64,000 nucleotides of DNA from Balanoglossus misakiensis. Lineage: Eukaryota > Animalia > Hemichordata. Position 1 is the first letter of the stretch; the number at the start of each line of letters is the position of its first letter. Made by a program: the position numbers and the translations under genes. Below, piece after piece: positions 42,301 to 57,500 of this stretch. Where the stretch lies: the NCBI GenBank assembly GCA_040954595.2, contig CM082577.2, positions 2,170,001 through 2,234,000 on the forward strand, in the 5' to 3' direction. The notes beneath the pieces are model-generated. The model was given only the letters and a program-made list of their open reading frames with translations, ran no database searches and had not been told where the DNA came from.

Positions 42301-44558
42301 AGCCACACCAAAGTTTAAAAGCTTTCATGCAAGCGTTTCCTTCAAAAAGATGTTGACGTCATTGGGATTTTTGCTCTTCCTGTTGTTTCCCTGTTTTTCT
42401 GAATAAGATTTAATTTCCCACTTTTCTGTCTGACAGGCACTGCAGTACTTACGCAAAGTGTGTGACCATCCTCTGTTGGTGCTGACACAACAACACCCAC
42501 AGTATGACACTGTCAGGCGGCAGTTAGCGGAACAGAATTCATCACTTCACGACCTGCAGCATGCACCAAAACTCATTGCACTCAAGTAAGTGATTCCGTA
42601 TGCAAAAAAATAAAATTGGTTATTAATTCATCAAAATCATTTTCAAATATTTTGTACAAGTTGACTATTTCAGAGCTGATTGCAGCTAGTTAATGTGTAT
42701 GTAGAGTGTATCAGTTCTTCAAATGCAACAAAATTCCAAATTTTTTTCAAATTGTAAAAAAGTAGGAAATGCAAAAAATGTGTGTAGTTTATTAATTTGT
42801 GTGAAAATTTGTAGATCACAATGTCATAAACTTTTCCACATCAAAGCCATCATCATTACAGAGTCCTAGATTTATAAAATGTCAGTCCCAAATCTAATAT
42901 TGCATTGGGTGTACTTTTGTTTGCCTAGACAATTACTGCAGGACTGTGGCATTGGTGTCAGTCATCTGGATGGCCAACAGGGTGAGCTGACAGAGTCGGT
43001 TGTCGGCCAGCACAGAATTCTCTTGTTCTGTCAACTCAAGGGCATGTTAGACATTGTGGAGAAGGATTTACTTCAGTAAGTATTCAAGATCTGTCTCAGT
43101 CTCTCTTAGACTCAGAATGAGGATACTTCGATGGACCCCAAAGTCGATCTTGGGGTGAATCTTGTCGTACTACAATAAACAACTCAGCTAAATATACCCA
43201 GAATGCAGTTGTAATTGAACGCCATTTTGTCTTGGAAATTTTCCTTAGTCTTGGTTACTCAAACCCAAAACAAGACTACCAGCCCTCAAAAATAGTACCT
43301 GGAGCAAAAACCACAATTTTTTCACCCATCCAAATTTTCTGTTTCCAGGGGTCAGATGCCAGATGTTACATACCTCAGATTAGACGGCAGTGTTCCAGCA
43401 GGGGCGAGACACGAAATCGTCCACAGGTACGATATTTGTTTCCAACAATCATGTGTGCGTGTGTTTCTTGAGCATATCAATTACACAATTGTGACCAAGT
43501 GTCTTAGTATTATCATTATTTGAATCATTTTTATTTTTTCCTCCCACCAGATTTAACAATGATCCTTCCATTGATATTCTGCTGCTGACCACCCATGTTG
43601 GCGGCTTAGGGTTGAATTTAACAGGAGCGGACACGGTCATCTTTGTGGAGCATGATTGGAACCCCATGAGAGATTTGCAGGTTTGTGGGTCTCCCTCCAA
43701 AGCAGCAATGTGTAGCACTTATCCTGATGTACTTTCTGTTTTGAAAAGAACAGAGGTTTGGAATACGGATAGAAGATGTGGACAGAAGTTACACCATTGT
43801 CTTTTGTCAATTTGTACAATCCAAGGCATTTCCAAGCTGTCATCATTGCACAATAACACTGGAAGCCTCAGAAGCATTTTTTTCATGTTCCTGTAACTAC
43901 AGACTTCCCATGGTTCAATCACTGTTTTTATACATACCCCATTCTAATGCGCACACGCTAATATTTCCCATCAGGCTATGGACAGAGCACACAGAATAGG
44001 ACAGAAGAAGGTAGTGAACGTGTACAGATTGATAACCAGGGGGACCCTAGAAGAGAAGATTATGGGGTAAGAACAGGCAATGGGGATTGCTATTTGAACT
44101 TTAACCTTATAGAGTTTAGTGTCTAGTTGAAGATTCCAGATAAAATCCCATCTTTGTTTTACAATTAAAGGTACATGGTAACCTTAGCAAAATTTAGCCA
44201 CAGTTACCAATGAAAGTTGAGATTTAACCAATGTTACATAAAGTTCTTGTCAAAAGCATTAGTTTTATCATTCCCCCTCCCCCAAACTCACAGACTACAG
44301 AAGTTCAAGCTGAACATCGCCAACACGGTCATCAGTCAAGAAAATGCCAGTCTGCAGTCGATGGGCACGGACCAGATGCTGGAGCTGTTCGCGTTGGACC
44401 AGAAGGATTCAAAAGCCGGGTCCAGCAAGGCCGGGTCGGCGGGAAAACCCAAATCCGGGATGGGAGCCGTCATGGAAGAGTTGGGAGAACTTTGGGATGA
44501 CGCACAGTACGACACGGAGTATGACCTCGGAAATTTCTTGGATTCATTACATCAGTGA
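24096..44558 (+). CDS. BTAF1: TATA-binding protein-associated factor 172 (Mot1), SNF2-family ATPase, about 38 exons
   Basis: [39 protein letters not shown] (exons 24096-24106 and 24559-24682). HEAT-region motifs: '[14 protein letters not shown]', '[25 protein letters not shown]'. Helicase motifs: '[15 protein letters not shown]' (about 40325-40370), 'ILDEGH' (about 41253), 'LSGTPIQNN' and '[21 protein letters not shown]'. Ends ..[12 protein letters not shown] at 44558. Confidence 0.97.
24300..24360. repeat. (CAT)n microsatellite, about 20 units, BTAF1 intron 1
   Basis: Pure ATC/CAT run seen directly. Confidence 0.97.
27974..28073. mobile_element. About 95-100 bp TTAA-CCC...GGG-TTAA MITE (piggyBac-like ends), one of about 6 copies
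   Basis: TTAACCCTTTCACTACCATGG...GGAAGGGTTAA. Homologous copies at 2356-2448 (reverse), 3355-3445 (reverse, degraded), 37061-37155 (degraded), 38225-38318 and about 60076-60163. Confidence 0.7.
33349..33378. repeat. (CA)n microsatellite
   Basis: About 15 CA units in a BTAF1 intron. Confidence 0.95.
38225..38318 (+). mobile_element. Copy of the about 95 bp TTAA-flanked MITE
   Basis: TTAACCCTTTTCACTGCCATGGTTCAGTCCAAACCCATTGTTTTCTATGG...AAAAGTTAA in a BTAF1 intron. Confidence 0.7.
39317..39616 (+). other. U12-type (minor spliceosome) GT-AG intron of BTAF1
   Basis: 5' end GTATCCTTTT, branch-like TTCCTTGAT at 39593-39601 and no long pyrimidine tract. Removal restores the frame [18 protein letters not shown]. 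Confidence 0.88.
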
Positions 44559-47168
44559 AGGCAGTGTGTGTGGGTTTTTTATTTAAAAAAAGATATTTAC
44601 AGGTACATGGAAAATTTGCATCTTGAAGCAATAATAACACTGCCATAAATGGGGAATATTTTAGTTCACACTGCAACGAGATTTTTGTGATGAAATGGGC
44701 TTTTTTCCTCTGAGGTATACTTAAGAGAACTTTTCTGTTCTAATTTACATTGTGTTACATGTTAACAACTTACCATTTCAGACAAAAACTTAAAGAAAGA
44801 AACTTTGTTGATTGTTTGTTTGTTGCCGAGTGCTAATGGTTAATTCCTAAAAAGTACTTTGGAATTCATTGCTTGGTTGTAGTTGATGTCACTTTTTGTC
44901 ATAACAAGACTACTGTTGTTTCACCTGCAATGAAATTTCTGTGAAAAATGCTGTTTACAAAATAGAGTTGAAAATGAACTGCAGTAAAGTTTGTAATTCT
45001 TGATTTTGGAAACAAACTTGCACAAAGGCAATTCTGTAGTTTTTACCCCAATGATTTTTTTTCATATTTTGTCAGCTAGTAACAGCAGTCATTTTGATAT
45101 TTACGCTTCAAAAGTGTATTTTCAAGTTATAAAAAAATTTTCTAATCCCTGACAAGATGCTCTGAATACTGAAATAATTAAACACCTAGAGATTTTAGTA
45201 TTATAAAACCAGCTGAATATCATCATACATCTTGATCAGATTTTCTTGGACCTTTTCACTGGGATTTCCTCCATTCAGGTTCCGAAGTCACTTGGGAGTC
45301 ACAATCATCAATATTTTAGCTGGGACCTAATGAAAAGTGCGCCCTCGTGAGTTCTTAATGGAGTTGAAGGACCCGTAATGGCCGATTGTCCCATACTGTA
45401 CTTTTTGAAGTGCAATCAGAATACTGAAAAGGACCCCTTAACTTCCTTCAGAAAGTCACGAGAGCAATGCATTATCCTGAAGCTGAAAACTTAATCATTG
45501 AAATTACATGTACATGTACAACAGATTGTGCAAGTTCTTTTGTCAATAACCAGTCCTCCCCTTCAGTATAAGGGGGAAACTTTTTTGTAGAAAAAATCCT
45601 TCACGTAAGGAGTGTATAAATGTTATAAAAAACATTGTTGAAATTATGATTTGTTTGGGGCAGGGGGGTCATGCAGATGTCTTCAGTATATTTCATTGTA
45701 ACCATGTACAGATACCCCCGAAAAAATTATTTGAGAGACCAGTTGTGGAAGCCAGTACATGAACACCCCTGTGTGCAATCCATTGTGTTGTGACATTTTC
45801 GTTCTTTTTGAGTTTAGAGAATTGACTGATTTGTAAAAGCATGCGACTCAGTGAGAGTTAGCCACGCGGATGTGTTTATGTACAACAGAATAAAAAGATG
45901 TATTTTCAAGAAAATATGTCAATAGATTTCTTGCTGAGCGGTTCGCGATTAAAAAATGTGCCTCATGCATATTTGGCTGAAAGTAGCTCATATGAAGCTC
46001 TGTCACCTGGAGGGAAAACAGACATGTAGTACCTGGTATCTCTGTTTGTTCATTCACAACCTGAACTCAGCTGTGGGAGTGTCTCAAATCAGACGATCAG
46101 GTATTACATGTGTAAATTTAACTCATCTTCAATCTGATGTTTTACCACACTCCAGTGGATTAGATTAGATTAGAAAGCAAACTAGATTACTGCCAGAAAT
46201 GACAGACTTCTAGCTGAGGAGCATGCTTGCACTCAATTGAATTTTGTCCTAATTATCAGCTTTTCAAAGAATACAATGGAGATTTCCAGCCAATGGCACA
46301 GCATAGCGAAATACACTCCTCATGTCAACAGTCGACATTATCACAACCGCACAGATACACAAGGCACATGGCCATGAAATACAGCCACGTTGCTGATATT
46401 GGCTTGGCAAAATGCATGTGTTCTCTAGCTTTGCATTTCAGCCTTCCCAATCTCGAGCTCCACACACGTAATGCAGTTGAGTGCACACCACTACAGCTTC
46501 AGGGCTATGATTAGTATACAGTGCAAGATTTCCTCTGACACTCTACAAAAACACAAACCCACACATACCGGTACATCACTATTTTTTATTTCTGCACAAG
46601 CAAGTCAGGACACTTCAACAGGTGGAGGCAATATACTTTTATTCATCACGTTTGGCAATGTGCCTATTCAAATTAGACAGATTTATATAATGGGCAAATA
46701 CTCTCATGGCATACTTTACAGGTTCAGCAGTCAATAACAAGGTCTACTCTGTGAAACTACTATCAATATACAAGGAGTTAGCAGAGGTTTCTCGGTTTTT
46801 CATTATTTATATATATTTATATATATATTATTATTATCCATGCTTTAGCAACTTCGATAAACATTCCTGTACCATCCGTCAAATCTAAAAATTCCTATTT
46901 TTATTTGTCTGTAGTAAAAGTCGTGATGTGGTATTGGCTGTATACCAAGCTGTAGTTAGAACCAACACAAATCTGTGCTCGCGCATCATACACACGCGTG
47001 TGCTTTAAACTCGTGGATGTATTAGAAATGCTTACTTAATTTCATCATTAGAAAAATATATATCTATTTGCCAACGTTCCACAGCACTAGCTTGAAAGTA
47101 TTTTTTGTCTCTGCATCGTACAGAAAATGAACAAACAAAAAATGAAGCACAATAAAAACCCTGACAGT

Positions 47169-47910
47169 ACAAGTCACTGTCGATGACATAGTCCCCGTTG
47201 GTCAAGAGACAGATTTAAGATCATGGTTGAATGAAATCAGTCAATGTATGTCTGCAATATGACCCTGACAATGTTTTCCAGCCCCGGAACTGTGACTTGC
47301 ACATGTACATCAAAGTACTCAGTATTTGTTTAATGAATTTAAATCAGTTGAAGTATGTGTGACAAATACCGTACTTCTGGACATAAGAAAAATCATAACA
47401 AAATAGCTGCCGCAAGGCCATATTGGATCATATCACAACACAAATTGACAGGCATATGTACATCGCAGTACGTCTTTGCAATGGCTTTGGACATAAAAAA
47501 AATAATGAAAGGTCACCTGGTAGCCATATTAGATCATATCACGACACACATTTTCATTTTAATATTGTGAGCATCAAGGTACGTTATCCTTGTATCAAGC
47601 TTGACTGAATAATTGTAACAAAATGACTGCCATGTTGCCACACGAGATCTTCACAGTATGTCTTGTTACATTGTCCTTATACCAATTTCATTGAAACATG
47701 CCTGTGTAATAGCTCTAGACATGAACACATTGTAACAAAACAACTGCTAGGTGGCCTTATCGAATCATATCACAAAATTAAATTCATGTGCATACACTGT
47801 CCTAATATCAAGTCTGAATGAAATCAGTCCAGGCACGGCTCTGGATGAACGGACAGACGGGTGGAACCAAATCTATGAATCCCATGGACTCTGACCAAAG
47901 GGGCCTATAT
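47169..47910 (-). mobile_element. Degraded HINE-like interspersed repeat
   Basis: ACAAGTCACTGTCGATGACATAGTCCCC at one end; GGACAGACGG microsatellite remnant plus AATCTATGAATCCC...GGGGCCTATA at the other. Internal recurring GCCATATT(G/A)GATCATATCAC motifs at about 47417, about 47523 and a degenerate one at about 47752. Confidence 0.5.
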
Positions 47911-49199
47911 GAGCTAATTTACTGTCATATATTAAAAGCACAGTACAGATGATTGCAATCCCTCCAACTGGTGAAAAAAAAGAAGCTTTTCATTGAAGTG
48001 AATCACAGAGGAAGAAATTTTATACAAAGGTTTGTTTCGCATGATAGCAAGTAAATCTCTAGAAAAAGAAACATTTTATTGAGTTTCCCCTATTCTCATT
48101 TTAAAGCCATGATTGTATATTTGTTAAAAAAATTACAATTCTTGAAGTTCTACACATTCTAGGCAGCAGGTGAAATCTGTGGTATGCAACATCACACTCT
48201 CACCGACAATTGGAGTCTCTCTTGACATTGTACACGCAACTCAGTGCCTACTGGCAGAAACAACCCCTGTCCGGGGGAGAAAAAGCTGACGTCTGGTACC
48301 ACTTCCTTACCCATCGCACTACACTCAGGGTGTGGTGGTTTCAACTAGACAAACTGCTTGGGAGTGGAGGAGGGGTCAGTACCACAGCCCCCACCCCAGG
48401 GGGAGGGGTACCGGAAGGCGGGTGGGAAGTGCTACCACGTGATGTGCATCCACTTACATCCACCAAAGTTAACAGGTTGGCATTGTCTCAAGAGTTGTAC
48501 AGTAAATAATACTTGTCTCTGTAATGACATGTACAATGTAAAAAGCTGGTGGCATTTCTAGTCTGTCCTAATTTTTTTTGCTCGATTTTAATTTTTTTTT
48601 CTTAAATATTTTCATGTGATCGACAAAACTACATTCCCTACACCTATGGTTAATCTTCTTGATGTATTTTCTTTAGCATGGTAGTTAATTATTTACTTGA
48701 ATTATTCAAAACACTGTCACAACAAAAAGTTGACGGCAAGATCACCAGTGTTCACTTATTTCAAGAATCGACACATTGTGGATTTAAAAAAAAAGATGGG
48801 AATGATGAAAAGAGAAAGCACATTCTAAGAATGAGTAGAAGACAGTTAACTGATCTATTTTTACACACAGTTTTCTTGGCTGACTATTAAAAAGTGTAGT
48901 TGTAACATTGCTCTCTCCAGCCCCCTCTCTCCGACATCTACAACGGTCTTGTTGATGAGTTAAGTATAATTTTTTACAAGGTTTAATGTCGCACTTCAGT
49001 TGTTGTAGATTTTGGGGTGAAATGTCTGTTTGAATCCAACTGAGGACACGCGTTGATTGTTTTGTGCTGAAAGAAGGAGAAAAAATCTCTTGGGTCTCCA
49101 TGTCCACGGCTGGATCCAGAACTACCATTTAGCGGCAAACTTTGCATATCTTACACATAACAGAATTATCTCCTTTCCCATGTTTTGATAAGTTCCCTC

Positions 49200-52731
<3,532 letters not shown>

Positions 52732-52909
52732 GTCACTGATTTCCGCTGACTGAAACTCGCAAGCAGGCAGAGTCCACAGACCTTGTAACACAACTTTAAC
52801 ACAAGAGGTGTGTTCGGTAAAAATTGTTGTCAGTACCCAGATCAGTTATCTCTTTCTGGTACACGAAATGGTATATCGAACCACCGGGTTTAGCGCAAGA
52901 CGCAACTCA

Positions 52910-53602
52910 CTCTATTTCGTGGACTGTTGTCGGAAAACTCGTAGTTTGTTTCCAGAAATCGCTAACGCAGACACTCACAAGTTATCCATTTCCCTGTTTG
53001 GACGTAGTACTCTTGCGTCACATATTCTTTCGCTTACAGGAAATGCGGAACTTGTCACACTTCACGGAATTATAAATCTTCTTGAATAAGGCTCATTTTG
53101 TGTGTAACACGTAAATATTAATATTGAATCCGGGTAAATACCTTTATATTCATATTTCGAGGCTAATTACAAACTATAATTTGAGAACTTTCTTTTTACC
53201 AGCGTAAGGATATATATATTTTCAGATATAGTGAACTACTTCCTGGAAGGCAATCGCAGACTGACTGCAAACTGGCAAACGAGAAAAGTTACCTTGGGAG
53301 GCAGATGTGTATCCCAAAACTGGGATTTGTTGCTTTTTCAAAACGTTTTATTGTAAGAGGAAATCGGAACAATACAAACGTCCTTAATTTTTTAGTTTAA
53401 GATTAAATTTTCGGGTCTAAGTCACGGACGGGGATTTCTAACATGTTCCACCTCAGTGGAGGAGCACAAACGAACAAACAGGAACATGGCGGAGACCAGT
53501 TCCGGGATTCACACCGGCGGCAGATTCATATCTGTAAATCCTACAAGAACGACTTACTGACCCAAATTGTAGGCGCTGCTTTAGCTCTATAATACTATGC
53601 GT
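52910..53602. promoter_or_regulatory. Putative bidirectional promoter and non-coding first exons of GRB2 / TMEM94
   Basis: Minus-strand donor at about 52909 and plus-strand donor gtaagt at 53603. ETS-like ACAGGAAATG at about 53036 and ACTTCCTGG at about 53238, YY1-like AACATGGCG at 53483, and CpG enrichment. Confidence 0.55.
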
Positions 53603-54574
53603 GTAAGTATTTTGGAAATCAGAACATGGCCTACAGGCCAGGGTTGGTCTCTTGCACACACACTCGGTTGTTGGCGACAAGACGAGTTGCAGTAGCGGGC
53701 GCTGTACATAGCGCACAGCTGTGTGCATGTACTTCTGTTACTGACTCGTTTGTCCGAACTGGCCTGACAGGCGAAATTTTAGTCAAATAGAAGACGTTAC
53801 TATCTCCATTGCTCAACTTGCAAGCTCGTTTAGGGAGATTGCACGTCATATTGTCATGCGTGCAGGTTTGCACACAATGACCAGTACACAACTGCTCCCG
53901 GGGGCAGCAGTTGAACGTTGACTCATGGCTGACTGTTGTCAATGACACAAATTGTGAGGTGCAGAATGCGCGGAGGTGTCTTATCAATGTTGTGATGTTT
54001 TTGTCATCTCTAATGCCATTGGGTCCGAGATTTGGACTATACCATTGTTGGGGACGGCCGAGGGGGTGTGAGAGTGACTTGTGAAAAGGCCATGTGACGG
54101 TCACATGGCTTTGTCAGCCGTCCCCCATGATCAATGCCATGATACAGTCCAAATCCTGGCCCTGACAAAAACAAGAGCAGCACCACCACCACCAATAATA
54201 ACAGCGAAAGTAGCTAAACTACATGCTCATAAAGCAAGCCATTTAGATTAAACTTTATACAATACACACCTTCCTTCTTGGAATAGAATGGAATGTTTTC
54301 TCTATACTAGCTGGTTTTGAGTAAAGTAAGCATATTAAACTTTAAGTAAAGTTCAGATGCTCGGACAGCTTTATGAAGTGTGGTTTCTTGGGATTTCTGT
54401 GTTGTCTTTCATATTAAAAATGTTCTTGAAAGAAAATTTGCAGGTAACATGCAGTGCCACCTTAGCGGAGACATTAACAAAAAATATGGGTGGGCTGGTT
54501 TTATTTTAATGAAGTTTTGGGGACTTGACAGAGGGCTTGACATCACGAAATGTCATTGTGTTTTTCTCTTCAGG

Positions 54575-57500
54575 ATGTCATCATCATCGGAGACAATCGG
54601 CCTTAGCAACCGAGAGGCTTTGAAGAAGCTGCATGTTTCCATCGAGGGAGAAATCCGAGCCTATCAGAAAGATAAGCATTTACAGGCAGAGCAGAGGCGT
54701 CAGAGCTTCTTCAGTCTAAAGTATCAGCCATACTTCCTGCTTCACTGGACCAGCGCGGCCTCCATAGCCTTAGCAGCAGTATTGATATTGCTCTGCTATG
54801 GCTTTCAGAATGAATCAAGGTAGAGTTCCTTCAGAGTTTTTAAAACCCACTTGGTCGAAGATCTTTGGCAGAATTGTGTAGTATTGAATGTTATTGAACG
54901 TGTCTTTCCTCATCAACAGTAATTACCATCTCATGATAGAAGTAGTGGTCCTCTTCTTCTTACTGGTCATCAATCTGTACGTCAGCGGGAGTGACCAGAA
55001 ACTCAGGAGAAAGGAAATGCAATATCGAGCTGAGCACCTCCTCAGAAAGTTACAGGGTAAGGCAAAACATTTTCACACGTTGATGTAACGATGCTTAGTA
55101 TTCACCCTCACGTATTTCGCGAAAATAACCTGTTTTACAATAGATAGATGGATAGACAGATTAAACCAGTAACCAGTTCATGTCACAGGCTCTGTGTTTG
55201 GTTTCCATAGAATGTATTGCATCATGTGCCAGCTGGGATGAAAAGCTGTACCCGGATTTGAGTACGCCGCAGTCCAGAAGCGTATCATTGCAGTGGACAT
55301 ACAGGGATGGTAGTCTCGTCAATCTGCCGTGTAATTTACTTGTGAAGGGGGACATCATCGCCCTCCGTCCAGGCCAATTAGTGCCAGTCAGAGTACGAGA
55401 GCTAGAGGTGAGATTTTCTCCCTCCTCTTTCCCATTAAAATTCCAAACTTTACGTACATGTAGTGTGGGCATCTGTCCGAACTGAACAGCCAAGGGTCAG
55501 CAAAGGTTAAGTTCGAGTCAACCCTTCATCTGATTCTAATCAGCTTGAGAATTCAGATATGAATTGTTTGTGATGTGGACATGCACTTGTCTTTCGAAGC
55601 CTGCAGACGGTGAACCGGCAGCCGAGATGGAGCCGGGAGAGATGTACAACCCCTGCACCAAAGAGGTCATGGAAGAGGTCACAGAGGCCACAGCTCGAGC
55701 ACCTATGAAGCCTGTAGTGTACAAGGTCCTGGAAACGCCATATACAGACACGCTGAAGTGAGACCTCAGGCACTTTTTTTTTGCACCAAATATGACACAC
55801 AGTGAATGTGAAACAAGTGTCTTTGAAATCTGAATAGTTGAGCCCATAAGTGCGATTGGATCCAGATTCCTGTTTCAAATTTTCTGCTGAGGAAATGAAA
55901 GCCAGGGGTTGCTTTTGAGCAACAGTCACATTTACATCATGACTGTAGTTGAAGCATATTTTTTTCAACTCGGTTTGATTTCTGTTTTTCAGGAAGTGTT
56001 TGTGGAAAGCTACGAACAGACCAGTTGGATTATTAGAGAACAAACGACTTGTATGCAATGCTCTGATGGAGAGAAGAATTCTCCCTGTTGTTCTTGTGAG
56101 TACTGATTTTTCAGATTTCACTTTAATTTTCTCAACTCCCCCAAATCTCATGGCTGGTCCAAGTTGCTGTGTTGAGAGTTCTACAGTGTGAAACATCTGA
56201 ACATGTTTTGTGTATCCAATACCAACTTCCTTGATGGCCTATTACATGTGCCTCCTTTCAGTTCACAAAAATCTAGCATAATTACACATGTACATTGATT
56301 CAAAGTTACGGTTTTCTGATCAAAATACATGCAATCAATGTTCGTTTCATTGTGTCCATTGCAGTTTTTGTCACTACTTGCCAGTGTTGTCCGTTACATC
56401 GTCTTGCAAGATGACGTGGGTCACTGGAGCACCATGATCATTCTGTTACCGGTAGGTCAAAGGTTAAACAGACATACCGTATAATACGGTATTCATTCCA
56501 ATAAGTCAGCCAGATTTTAATAATTTCGGTTTGTAATCATGGAGAATAGAAGCATCAAATGAATGAGACTCACCCACATTGCATTTGATTTTCTGGAAAG
56601 TGGAATGTCTTAGACTTCAATGTAAAATTATAGTGTAATATCAGGTGTTAAAATTTGTCAAATCCATCTGTATAGTGTATTCTTTCTGGTGTAAACCTCG
56701 GCAAAACTTTCAAATGTAGATAAACAGAGTATGAAACATCAAACTATGTTGTATCCCAATTCTTATTGCAAAATTATTTTCTTCATTTCTACAGACCTAT
56801 ACCATATTACCACTCCTGGCATTGGTTGTACCCACAATGTGGGTCCTTGTCAATGCCTATGGAGTTGGTAGAATACTTACATGCTTTGAAAAGTCGTCTC
56901 ACACTGTTAAAGTAAGTGGAGAACATTTGTATTCCCTCAGTGCAGATGCATACACTGTACTAATATCTTGTTGCCTAGATACAAACTCTGATTTAGAGTT
57001 CTGTTCAGTGTTCACTCATCTTCACCATTTTTAGTCCTGTCTCAAAGTTTAGGGTCAGAGATTTGAACTAGGCTAGGTTGGGTTACCCGAAACAAAACAA
57101 TTTTTCTTGGCCTGAGAGTATTACAAGTGCCATTTCAATATTGGTCAAGTTTTCCAAATAGAAAAATATGGATAACAGACAATCCAAAACATGCCAGCTG
57201 ATGCATTTTCATTTTAGACTTTCCAACTCGACATCTTGCAGGTGCAGTCAGCTCTGGAAACCATGGAGATCACTGATACTCTCATTAAGGTAAGTGTCAC
57301 CCTAATTGTGAAAAGTTTGTTCTTGTAATGTGAAAGCCAGACTTTACACCGTAATCATGAATTTTAGTTTCATGATGTGAATGGTTTTGTATTGTTTTCA
57401 CAGGACGATATGAGTTTCAACTCCATGTGGCATAATTTCCTGGCTGCGCTTTTTGGAAAGTGTGATACCCTGACCAGAACAGCCAACGTCATGCAGGCAC

